Assembly (NCBI GenBank): GCA_001662655.1
Contig: KV460226.1
DNA from: Pseudogymnoascus verrucosus
Taxonomy: Eukaryota
DNA length: 64,000 bases
Direction: 5' to 3' (one strand)
Below, piece after piece: positions 32,801 through 45,474 of the stretch. Each line of letters begins with the position of its first letter. Within the stretch, counting starts at the first letter, position 1. Both the position numbers and the translations under genes were made by a program. A model generated the notes under the pieces. That model ran no database searches and was not told the DNA's origin. It worked only from the letters and a program-made list of their open reading frames with translations.

Positions 32801-35800
32801 GATCCGTTGTCTTCAGCAAATCGGTATTCTGCGACCTGGAACGTTCTCGAGTATCGTCGAGAGCTGAGGAGTGATACATTTCTGTACGATGAAGCTGCAG
32901 CAGTCTCTGTGTGGGCTGGGCGATGCGGCTTTGATTCAACTGGGGAGGAGGAGGTGACACGTCCAAAAGAGGCACCCTGGGGGACACAGCCTGGCCCTTT
33001 GTGACGGCTGGGCTCTCCGAGCTCTTCGTCGTTGCCTGCTATTCCGTGGCTGCAGGTCCCGCGAATCAATGATGCGGCCAAAATTGAGCTGCGAGTTGAG
33101 GCACAATAGGCACATTGCTAGCTCTGACGAGCGGCAAATCGCAACTGGTGGCGGCCTCTATCACAGTGGCCCAGCAGGGATACCCATGGTGTGCGCAACA
33201 GGGCAGCTCTTGACAGAAAAAACCCCACCATTTGTGTGATTCACGGGGGGTACAGTAGCAGGGAGATTTGGCGTTGGATGGATGCTTGCTTGCTCGCTCG
33301 GATTGCCTTCTGGACCAGTTTGGTGGTGGTGGTCTATTCTTGCGAGTCGGAAGGGAGGATCGCCGAGGAGTGACGACGGAACATGACCGCATTGAAGGCG
33401 CAGGCGCATTGGCTGTCGCGTCTTTCTGCTTGTTATCTCCTCATGCGACACGGTTCACAGCGATCCCGGAGCTTCGAAACTGACGCGCCCGGCCCATGGC
33501 CCATCAAAGCCGCCACTCCAAGCAAAAAAAGAAGCTGGTGGTAGCTCATGGACGCGCAGGTGGTAAACAAACCGGTCTCGTACAGTGAAGCAGTGTCACA
33601 ATGAATGGGAATCAGAGAAAAACAGGAGACATTACTGGGGAGCTTAATCGTGGACCTCCTGGGGGTCCCTCAATCGAGCCAGACTCATTGGATGAAATAC
33701 CGTTGGTCTGATCTATTTTGGAGAGGATCTTTTTTCTTTCTGGTGCAGTGCATGTTCGTCCTAGTGGTGGAGAGGAAGGGGGGAGGGGGGAAGTGTTGCA
33801 GATGATCTCGGACACGCTGTGTCTGAGACTCAAGGACGCCTTTTGTCTGAGAAAAGCACAGAGCTATAGAGGGCTGCAACGCTCTTGTCGCGGAATACTA
33901 GTCATGATCCCTAGAAAGTAGGGGACTTCGTGGAGATTTGGCTTCGGGGCGGGGGGCCAGCTGGGGAGCTCCACCACACACGACTATCACGACTATCAGG
34001 CCAAGGCCAAGCCATAACAGTGCTAGGGTTGTTTTTGTTGGTTGGTGTTGGTGCTGGGTTGGAACGGAGTGGCCCTTTTTACCCAGTAATCCAGTAGAGT
34101 ATTTTGGAGGATGCAGGCTAGGAACGCGGCGGATTTTTAGGCTGGTGGAGCTCCCTTCCTTCTTGCCCCGAAGTGCTGGGTCGGTCGTTGTTTACGCGGG
34201 ATGGAGGGAGGATGTACACACGCCGCGTAACTTCCCCCCTCGTACTTTCGTAACTGAATTAAAATTATGAATTGTACAGGATAACAAAGTACTGTTCTAC
34301 GAGAAAAGAAGATGGCTTTATAAAACAGTAATCATCAGTAAGAGAAACAAAAGTTCAACCGCGTTTTTTTTATTACTCTCTGTTGTGTTTGAGGTTTTGT
34401 TATTTAAATTTCTTTCTCTTCATACGCGTGTAGTCTGTTCCGTCTCAAAGGTTTTGCTTACCTGAATGCTCGGACGGAGAAGTGTACAGATGGGGACGAA
34501 CAGGGTTCGAGATTCAGTAACAAAAGGTGGTTGGGGGGGGTGCTTGGGGGTGCCTGAGGGTGCTGGGGGTGCTGGCTGGGGTGTCAGTTGGGGTACTGGG
34601 GTCGCTGGGGGTGCTTGAGGGTGTGCTGAGGTGTGCTGAGGGTGTGGTTGGAGTGTGCTGGAGTGCGCTGTAGAGGGGAGGGGAAAAGAAACAAAGGGCT
34701 CTCAAACGGCAATTGAATGGGGTGTGTGGGTGGTGTGTGTGGGTGGTGTGTGTGGGTGTGTGTGGGTGTGTTTGAGGGGAAGAGTGTAGAGTGTACATGG
34801 TGTTGTGTGTGTTGTTGTGTGTGTGGATAAGTCACTCAGTCGGTATGTGGAGGGCAGCGGGAGGGGAGTGGAGGGCAGTGGAGGAGGTGGTGGCGGGTGT
34901 GCATTACATTATGTTTTGTGTGCACAGGGCGATTTCCGTCCTTTCTCTCCTTTGTGTATGCATGCATGTACCTTGCACCCGCAGCTTGCACTGTGAAGGT
35001 ACATGCACCACACCTACACCTCCGGCTCTCTACATCCTCCTCTGCCCTCTTTCTGCCCTCGTTCTGCACTGGACCATCACTCATCTCAGGTACCGTGTGT
35101 CCTCTCCTCTCTGTACCTCCGAAGCCTGCATTGCATGTTGACTCTCCCAGCACAAAAATTTAATTCTCTTCACATATCGGTCACATTTCTCTTTCTGGAT
35201 GACTGAATGGATGGGATAGCTGTACGTGTGTCGTATGTGCGACATTCAGCACTGCTGCATTTTCTTGTTTCTTGATTTATCTTGATTTTCGACTGTCCTC
35301 ACCTTAAGGAGAGATTCTGCCCCATTATAATCGCGTTTCTTTCTCGCGTTTCTTTCTCGCGTTTTTTTCTCTTGAAACTATAGTAGTGCGTGTTGTGTGT
35401 GCGTGTGTCCTCTACTAGATCAGAGACCCCCAGACAGAACTGATAAACAGATAGATACAGATTACAGACAAGATACAGACAAGAGATACACAAGAGATAC
35501 AGATACACACAAGAGATAAACAGGAACAGGCCCCCCAGGAACCACCACACGAACCACACACGAATAACGCGAACCAGAAAACGCCATTTCCTAGGCAAAA
35601 AGAGGATCTTCCGCCGTCTATCTCCATCTCCACCAACTTATCCACGCACGCTACAAGCTATCCCCCACCCACTCCTCCTTATTTTCACAATCACGCTCTC
35701 CACGACAATAATAGCAAAAGAGCAAAGAGAGTCAATTTCCACCATCCATCACACTTTCACCACGCTACAGCCACACTACGCCAAACTATTCTAAGGTGAG

Positions 35801-36822
35801 CTTCCCAAATATCCCAAAATCCCTCCTCCCTCTGTTGATCCTCCAGTCCTTCAATCTTTCCCCACTCCCCTTATCCTCCCCTCGTCCTTTCCCTCACCAT
35901 CCCTACTCATCCCTCATCATCCCTCATCCCTGTGTCCTTCTTTTACTCATTGCAGTATAGTTTCTCCGTGCGGGTGGATACAGAACAGAGACCACATTAC
36001 GGAGCCCTCGCCGCCCTCGCCCTCGACAACCCCAACCCCTGCAACCCTCCTAACCCTCCCCCTACCCTGCCCGGCCGCCCACAAAACAACCCTGCCACCC
36101 TTAGCTCCTTCCAACCGTCAGAGCTTCACGATTCATCCGAGACCTCCCCTCTCTCGTACATACCGGCACCCAAGGCATTGGTTTCTTGTGCAGGCATTCT
36201 CGCCCGTTGCTCACACAATTATTGCGGACCTCCTTGTACTTTTTTTACGGAGACACCCTCCACCACCCTCCACCACCCTCGACATCCACGACATCCACGA
36301 CTCCACGTCCTTCCACACTCTGCGGGTTGCTCCTTTCCTTATTAGAAGTACTCTGGGCCCGTGCCAGTTGCATAACCAACTTTTCTGGTCCTCCCTGCCC
36401 TTACTTTGTCCTGATATCCTGTTTCGAATCCGACTCGACGTCTTCGTTATATACAAATCTTCCATTATTACTTTTCGATCAAAAGGACAAGCTGGTATTG
36501 AACGAGTCGTGTGCTAAGCAACAATTCGGCCGAGCGTTAACAAAGAACGAACAATAAAATTTATATCAGTTAGGAAGGGTCCGACTTGGTATGTGACCAT
36601 ACCTTCCCCTGGCCCTCCCTCCCGCCGCCATTCTTCAGCACAAGACTTCTTCGACGACCAATGCAAGACAAAGAAAAGCTTTGATAGCTAACGGTCTATC
36701 TTTATATACAGTATCCCCTGGAGGTCGAACAACTTGAACGATTCCAATTACTTTCAACAACCCCCACAGTGACAAACCGGAACTGCATCAGTGCTCATGG
36801 TAGTTTTCGAACTTAGACCGTC

Positions 36823-39800
36823 ATGGCGACTATGAGAGAGCACTCGGAGCGCAGCGCACATGTGGCACCTCTGCACATTCACAGGGGCCATTATTCCGAG
36901 TCGAGTGTTGATATGTCCAGCAACAGTGGCACCGTCCGACACAACGACAACGCATCCGAGTATTCTGGATACAGCTGCACACAAATAACACCGCCAGCAA
37001 CCCCCAGCGCATACGACGACGATGTGACGATGACCGAGATGGACTACCCGCGGCCAGTCTTCCACAACTATCTGCGTGCGGTCTATCCATTCAACCGAGC
37101 TGAGAGTCCCTTGGAGCCGGCAGTGACTTTGCACCTGGACAAAGGCGATGTGGTGCTTGTTTACTCCATACACACCAATGGATGGGCAGACGGAACTTTA
37201 CTTCTCGATGGCGAACGGGGATGGGTACCAACGAACTTCTGTGAGAACTATGAGCCTGAGGAGATGCGGAGTCTTCTGAGGGCGCTTATCAGCTTTTCGG
37301 ATCTTATGAAGAGTGGTATCACAGCCGACGATGAAATCTTCAGCAACCAAGAATTCATCAAGGGTATCATTGCTGGTGTACGACTACTACTGGTTCGTAT
37401 ATCTTGTGTGTTGTTGTCTGTGCCAGCATGCTAACAAAGTTGTGCAGGAGCGATTAAACTGCCTGACAAGGGACTCGCCTTTCGTCTTGAGCAACGATAT
37501 CGTTCGCCGGAGTCGCAGGTCTCTTCTTTCTGATGTCTCGTCTCTTGTGAAGACATCGAAGCACTTGCAAGCTTATCGGGAACATATGTTCACCATGACC
37601 GAGCCAGAGAATATAAGCCAAGGTATCATCGATGAGATGCTACTGAAAGCATTCAAGATCGTCACACGAGGTGTGCGATTTCATGATGCTTGTTTGGCTG
37701 ATATGGAGTCACAATATACGTTAAACAGAATTACCTCGTTGACGCGAGAGCTTTATGACCCGTCGACCCCACCTGCCGACGCGACGACCTTCCAAAACGC
37801 GATGTCGAGAGCCAGCGCGGGGTCCCGCCGGGAATCACGTCGCGTTTCTACGGGTGCTGCTTCGAGGGAGCAGGCGGCCGAGGAACAAACAAAGCGACAA
37901 TCATTCAAGCGATCGTCCAGCGTTTTCTCCCCAACCACAAGAAACTCTAGACGCCAATCTTCGATGCAATTGAGTCGCCAATCTCTGTCGCATAGATTGT
38001 CGACCGCGGGGCAGCATCATGATGCGCGTCGCCAGAACTATGTGTCTGGGCTACTTGGCTCGACACATGAGACATTCATATCGTGTCTTGGATCTCTGGT
38101 GGGCCGCCTACACCTGGCCAATGGCTCGAACGACCTTCTCATCAGTATACGTCAAGCAATTGCAGCTGGGAAGGCACTGGGTACCATCATTGAATTACTA
38201 TGCGCCCGCGATGTCCGCGGTGAGGCCGCGCTCCAAGATGTCAGAGATACCATGTACCAATGCATCAACCAACTTGTCATCGCCGCGAGAGAATGTGTCA
38301 GACCAAGTAGCTCTGATGGAGAAGACAACGTTATACTACAAAAGGATCACGACTCTATCGAGTCTGCGGCCACCGGTTGTGTTGTTGCTGTTGGAGAGTG
38401 TGTTGACAGGGCGAAGTCCGTCATCGAGATCGTGGGCGACTTCGAGCCCGAGCTGTCTGCATTAGGAATCGATGTCTCAGCCTTCGCTGCTGATGTCGCG
38501 ACTGATAACAACCCTAGAATTATCGAAGAATCTACTTTAGAAGAACCCGCGAGCCTACCGCCTCCTCCACCGACTGGCTTCGACTTCGAAAAGACTCTCC
38601 CACCATCCGTTGCTGACATGGAGAAACCTCTACCATCTTTCGTTATCATCGACCAGGAGAAGCCTCTCCCGCTTGTTCCTGAGTCGGAAGCCGAGACTTC
38701 CGACGACGCGCAAATGGGTCTCATTGGCACGGCAAAGACCACTTTGGCGCCCTCGCCTACCTTCTTACCCGCTCTTAGACTCGAAGGCCTAATGGGTGGC
38801 CTACAACTACAAACCTCAATTCCCAGCAATGATTTACTCTCTTCGCGCTCAGATAGCGTCGCTACCTGCACTGGCTCGCCCAGTACATATATGAGCAGCC
38901 TGAGGGGCTCGGAAGCCAGCTTGGTATCGCAAACCTCGACTCGTGCGACGACTCCCGAATTGAGTTGTTATCGCCAGAGCCACCAGAGCCACCAGGTATC
39001 GAAGTCAATCAACAGCATCTCGGAAAGCCAAGCCACATCTGCAGATGAGCGCGAGGACGATGAATCAAGGGTGCTGGAGAAGACCTTCGCACATGAGCTG
39101 ATCTTCAACAAGGAGAGACAGGTTACTGGAGGATCGCTTCCAGCCCTGGTTGAGCGACTAACCTCGCACGACTCTACTCCCGATGCTACCTTCGTGTCAA
39201 CATTCTACCTTACATTCCGCCTCTTCGCAACACCAATCACATTCTCTGAGGCTTTAATCGAGCGCTTCAACTACGTCAACGACAGCGTGCACATCGCTGC
39301 CCCAGTTCGCCTTCGCGTCTACAACGTCTTCAAGGGCTGGTTGGAGACTCATTGGCAACATACCGCAGATGAGGTCGCCCTGCCGATTATCCGCTCATTC
39401 GCCGAGACTACACTTCTATCTGTTCTGCCGCAAGCAGGACGCCGGCTATCAGAGCTGGCCGAGAAGGTCGCAGCGATTGAGGGGCCAATTACCCCGCGCC
39501 TTATCTCATCTATCGGCAAGACGAGCACATCGATTGCCCAATATATCTCACCGGATACGCCATTACCGGCACCTATCCTATCTAAAAGCCAGATCAACAG
39601 CCTCAAGACCTGGAAGATGGGTGGAACATCTCCATCTATCCTCGACTTCTCCCCCGTTGAGATGGCTCGCCAACTCACCATCAAGGAGATGAATGTTTTC
39701 TGCACCATTATGCCTGAGGAGCTACTTGCTTCGGAGTGGATGAAGAAGTCGGGATCGAACGCAGTCAATGTGAAGGCAATGTCCACTCTCTCGACTGATC

Positions 39801-40540
39801 TGTCCAACCTCGTCGCCGATACCGTTCTCCAGTCCGAGTCGGATGCGAAGAAGCGAGCTGTTATCATCAAGCACTGGATCAAGATCGCCAACGAGTGCCT
39901 TATCCTCAACAACTATGACTCGCTCATGGCTATTATCTGCTCGATCAACTCCTCCATGATCACGCGCCTCAAGAAGACCTGGGACATGATCTCGCCGAAG
40001 CGAAAGGAGATGCTCAAGGTTCTCCAAGACATTGTCGAGCCAACAAAGAACCACGCTGTCCTGAGGCAGAGACTGCAAGGCCATGTACCGCCTTGCCTGC
40101 CATTTGTTGGCACCTACCTCACTGATCTCACCTTTGTCGACATGGGCAACCCGGCTACCAAGCAACTCACCGGCACAGCTGGCGAGAAGGGAATGGCTGT
40201 CATCAACTTTGACAAGCACACCCGCACTGCTAAGATCATTGGTGATCTCCAGCGATTCCAGATCCCATACAGACTTGCAGAAGTCCCTGAGCTTCAGGAA
40301 TGGATCCAGGCGCAGGTTATCCGCGTGAGAGCCTCCAACGACTCGAACAACGTTCAACAATACTACCGCAAGTCACTCCTTCTCGAGCCACGCATGACTC
40401 AGAAGACTTCCCCAGTCGACTTCCAGGGCGCCTTCGCAGCTCACCCCACACCCATCCTCACGAAGGAGAAGTTCGACCTCTTCTCGTGGGCACACACACG
40501 CGACAAGCTCGCGTTGACACCAACACCTACCAACTCTTGA
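36823..40540 (+). CDS. Ras guanine-nucleotide exchange factor, Cdc25-like (SH3 - REM - RasGEF); intron 37393-37447
   Basis: SH3 YLRAVYPF...LDKGDVV...GWADG...RGWVPTN; REM GGSLPALVERLT...FYLTFRLF; catalytic ARQLT...LNNYDSLMAI...RLKKTW...PCLPFVGTYLTDLTFVDMGN...INFDK. Confidence 0.93.
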
Positions 40541-42570
40541 TTTTCATATTACATCATTCGACCTCACCTATGATCCTTCTCTCTTTGATACCCAATATTT
40601 GTATAGCGTTTTAGCGATCGGGGTTCCCCCAAAAACGGCGTTTGCGGAACCAAAATCTTTTCAAACATCACATCACACATCATCACACATCATCACAACC
40701 ATATCACGACACGGCACCTACACACAAGGTACCTGCACAAAATCCCGAAGCACTCACACGTTTAAACGGCCTCGGCACTCTTTCTAAAAGCACCGGCGGC
40801 ACATTCGACATCTTGTCATTTTTATACATTGTCCTGTGGACAATCAACTCTGTACTGAACACCAAAATCTCCTTCGCTACGGCCAACAACAAACAACACA
40901 CTCGCGCACACACTACTACTACCATTTTCATTATTACTCCGCACCATCCCTCCCGGCGAGGGGGTAGGGGGGATGGGCGGATGGCGGCGGGGGGAGACGA
41001 ATAGGGAAAAAGTCTTGTATGTATTCGTTTGGGTTGTATGTACAGCATTAGTTTCGCCCCGGCCGGGGAGCCGGGGTTGAGTTTGCATATGAAGACTCTT
41101 TTTATCTCATGAACCGGGCTCGCAGCCTGCTGGAAAACACTGGATGGGGATAGGGAGATGCAAAACGCCAGAAGGGGGCGAACAGGAGGTGGTGGTTGTA
41201 GATAGACAGAGACTACTTGGGCGTCGCTGCCCATCGCTTCAATGCGAAGAAAGAAATATGACCTGTTAATATCTCACTTTCACATACATATGCCTATCTA
41301 TTGATTTGATTGATTGATATCCCGTGCCATCTGACTTGAAATTCTGTATTCTGTCCTCTATCGAATTTAACCAACCATGACTATCTATCTATGACTGTTC
41401 ATCATCCCATCCCCATCCGTCCACCCACACACACCCTATTCCTTCCCCAGAAACCTGGAAATCATTTCCCCGCGTTTTCCAAGGCCAGGTCATGCCAGAT
41501 CATGCATACCGCGACCTGAGACATCTGCACCGCGCCCGACTCGCCGGTATCCTCTCCTCCACACACCAGTCTGCTGCACCTCTACACACACACCACTGCT
41601 GCGCGCGCATCTTTCATGCACCGCTCTCCCAATCCCGCACCACCTCCGCTGCGCCGTTAACCTAGATCAGCGCGCGCCACTGTGGTCACCACTACTGCAG
41701 CCGCCACCGCACCACTGCACGACCACTGCAACGACCGCGCAATCGATCGTCCATCGACCCAGCGCCGCCCAGCCCAGCCCACCGCCCAGCCTAGCCTTTT
41801 CACCCCCCGGCCGTCCCGCCCAGTCCACCCCGGGCTGGGGCTGTCCCAGACATAAAACGATCGCCGTGTGTGTCGTTCACATGCATGCGACGAGGTGAAA
41901 GTGATAGATAGCACTGCAGCACGGGGAGTCGGGGAGCTTCGGCAACGCAGCGCGCTGGTATGCGCGTTGAGCTCGATGGGGAGGGTGGAGAAGGGGCGGG
42001 GGGACGTTGGTATCGCGCGCGCGTTTGGTGTTTATTTATGCAAGACTTGACTTTTTGTGGTTACTGTGGTATAGGATGGGATGGCGATGGGATGGTGGGG
42101 GGGAGGGGACACGTGATGACGTCGTTGTCGCGGTGGGTTGGTCCCACAAACACGGGATTTTTGGAGGCTGCAAGCAGCGTTACTGGAGATGTTGGATGGA
42201 TATGGAGGGGTAGATGGGGGGGAATAAACAGGCTTCGTTGCGTTGAATCCACAGAGCAACGCGGTTCGTGTTGGGAGAGCCCCTCTATCGCGAAAATCCA
42301 CAACCGCGTTGAGGTCGCGATTATTTCTCATACTACTGTTGATAGTGTAGGAGGAGCCTCACGCGCGGTTTTCGCGCCCCACACACACCGAAGCTACGAG
42401 GCCAGGCCCGCCGCCCGCTCCAAAAACCGGGCGCTGGGAATTTTACTAGGAGTTTTGGTTCGGGTCGGTTGGATTCGGCAACGGATAGGATAGGATAGGA
42501 TAGGGTTAGTTCGAGAAGAATGTGGGACGGCCTTGGGATAGGTTAGTGGCGCAGAGGTAAACACTACAAA

Positions 42571-42642
42571 GGGGATATGGTTTAGTGGTATAACGCTTCT
42601 TTAGCATAGAAGAGGTCCGGCGTTCGATTCGCCGTTTCTCCA
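42571..42642 (+). tRNA. tRNA-Ala, anticodon AGC, intronless
   Basis: Cloverleaf: acceptor GGGGATA/TTTCTCC with G3:U70 alanine identity pair, D-arm with AGTGGTA, anticodon arm CTTCT-TTAGCAT-AGAAG, T-arm CGGCG-TTCGATT-CGCCG, discriminator A; oligo-T at ~42671. Confidence 0.95.
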
Positions 42643-43092
42643 GTGTTTGATTGAATTGCTTCGGCAGTTATTTTTTTGTTTTTGTTTTTGTGCCGGGGAG
42701 GGCGATTAGGTTTATCTATAGTGTCGGAGCGGGCGATTGTTGTGGTTGGTACTGGTGCCAATTTCAACTTTTGGCTTGTGAGAGGGGAGTTGGGATGATG
42801 TCACGATATATATGGTTTGCGCGCTATTAATGAACCTTGGGAGACAAGACTATTATGAACCTTGGGAAAAACGTGCTTGATATCTGGCCTAGGTGTGGTA
42901 TGTACCCATCGCCGAGGTTGGGAGATCTATCTATCTAATCGTTTCGTGACCCACAAGTCACCGATATATCTATCACGACTTTTGGATACTAGCCAACGTC
43001 CCATATCCCTACCAGCCTTCCCTATCGTCAAGATTTAGATCCCGAGGTCTAGGAGCACCGCGGAAAGTCGGAAAGTATTCAAAATAGCTCGC

Positions 43093-45007
43093 CTAGAGCT
43101 TCGCTTTGGCAGAGATAGGAGCCGTAGCGTCCTCGTTGGTGGTCACGTTGCCAGTCTTGGGGGTGTTGCCGAAGAAGATGACCTCGACGGTCAAATCATC
43201 ACTAATGAGGCAATTAGTCAGTTCTGTCGGTAATGTAAACGAGGGGCAGCATGTGATTCTTACCGGTATCTGCGCGAGTAGGGCGCAGGGAGGGTCAACA
43301 GTGCGCGGAGCATCTCGTCGTTCTTACCCCCTAACGCGTTGCGGACAAGATGCGTAGCGACGTTCTTGTCCTCGACTACGAAGCGCTGGTTCTCGCCGCC
43401 CTCGACGCCCCATTGCTGCTGTCTGATGGGTGTCTTCTGTCCATCGTTTGACTTGCTAGTTGTCGAACGCTCGACGGGCAGTCCCTTCTCCTGCGAGCTG
43501 AATAGCTTGAGCCAGCCGTTTGATGACCCCTTGTTCTCAGACGATTGCTTCTCGATCCACTGGCCGACTAAGCCGACGACCTCCTCGTTCGTGAGCATCT
43601 CCCATAATCCATCCGTGGCCATGACGACGAAGTCTCCGTTTTCCGGCTCCATCTTCGTGGTGGTGACAATCGGCTCAGCAGTGACATACGGAGGCGTCTT
43701 GAGGAGATGAGACGGTGTCTTGCCAAAGAAAGACCTCTTCATGCGCTCCGAGGTTTCGCGGGACCACTTGTAGATCGCGTCACCGAACGCACGAGACGGC
43801 TCTAGGCCACCGAGGATGCGGCCGTTCTTGACGACATACGGCTCATTCGGATGGGCCTTGCGGAGGCGGGCTTCTTCATCTGGGGCACCTCCGGTCTGGT
43901 CGACGGACAATGGGGTTGCGACCCATTTGCCACCAGCGCCTCGGCGGCCAAGAACTGCGCGCGAGTCACCGGTGCAGGCGACTCGGAGGAGCTTGGAGTT
44001 GCTATCGTAGAACGACAGGAGAGCACAGGCCCCTGAAAGGGCTGGGGCGAGCATCTCAGCAGCGGCGAGCTTTGAGTTTGCCTTCATGACCTTTTCAACG
44101 CTCTCATGTACAATTTCGTGGTCGAGTCTGTTGAAGCCGGTCTTAATCGCAGCTTCGATAGCTTCTGAGGTAGGGGAGGTAAGAGTAGGATCGATAAGCG
44201 CAGCTTTGTATGTACTGTTCAATTCGCGGGCGACATAGTTAATAAGGGTTTGCCTGAGTTTGGCGGAAGTTGTCCACCCGCTGTTGGAATATTAGCCGAT
44301 GTAGGTTCGTTTGTTTCAAGCCTTCCATACCTGTGTCCATCGTATACACCCCAGAACATCCAGTCGCTGCTAGGGTTCCCTGATTCTGCGGTGGCAACCG
44401 CATGAGGCACCTCGACTATCTTCTCGGAGTGATCATCCTCGATGGGGTCATTGCTGGGAATTTGCACCACATCGTATCTCACAACACCTTGGCCACGGCC
44501 AACAAAGTATGATTCTTCGTTTGTCCGCAGCTTCTGTGTCGCTTGTTCCGCAGTGAGCATCTCTAAAACCTTCCGACCAGAGTTGTCGGTATATTTTGAG
44601 ATGGGTTCGTCGCCTTCAATAGATCCGGTGTAGATTGAGTCCGCAGTCACCACAACCGCTTGTCGGGTATTCGCCGATGGTACCGTACTGGTCTCCGCCG
44701 CGTTCGCGCCAGAATAGGCGGACGTAGTGAGGCTTTGGCTTTGCCCCTTTGATGACTCCGATGTGGCAGATCCCTTGTAACCGTACCAAGCTCCAGCAGC
44801 AACCAGACCCGATGCAACCGCCACAGATATTCTTCTGATATGCATGGAAGACTTCAAAGGCGCTGGCAAGGGTTCGCGTCGGTTCGAGGTTGAAGCGGAC
44901 CTTAATCCTTGCACATACTGCGAGGAATGGCCACCGCGACTGTTATGGAAGGTTTGGATATGAGCGCGACGAGCAGTTCGTAGTGCTCGTATAGTAGCTC
45001 GACGCAT
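43093..45007 (-). CDS. PTC5: Mitochondrial PP2C phosphatase (pyruvate dehydrogenase phosphatase, Ptc5-like); introns 44281-44330 and 43202-43263
   Basis: Arg-rich presequence, SNDPIEDDH, FWGVYDGH|SGW, ACTGDSRAVLG, LEPSRAFGD, MATDGLWE, HLVRNALGG, RRYR|DDLTVEVIFF. Confidence 0.92.
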
Positions 45008-45474
45008 TGGAGGACTGGAGAGATCTCTGGACGATGAGAGAGGAAGGCTGGGTAGTCGACGAACCGCACCTCCAGGAGCGTCGCAAAGCCGAGAGAATGG
45101 TAATCAATAGATCAAAGTGACGATATATTAAAATTACAATAGCATGCTGTCCATAGATTAAAAGAACGTATATAACGTTGGGCGCTGGAGTGTGAAACCG
45201 TCACTGTGGTGTTGATGAGTGAGGTCCTAGACAATCAAAGACGACATTCAACTAGAGTAGCCACTGAGGTCTCGTGGTCCCTTTGTGCTTAGCGGAAGAT
45301 ATGCGGCGAGCCGAAAGCAGCAAGCGGTGAAAGTTCTGCCACTTTATCCCACCCCGGTGCGTCATGAGAAACACCTGTTGCCACGAGCTGTACCTACCAT
45401 TTTTTGGGGGTCAAAACCGAGGATATTCGCAGTTTTGAGGATTGTATGTTCCTATATATTTATCCCCAAAGAAA

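Noticed and set aside
34530..34690. GGGGTGCT-type run as a functional G-quadruplex or telomere-like repeat
   Set aside because: Irregular low-complexity sequence within a G-skewed tract; no TTAGGG periodicity.
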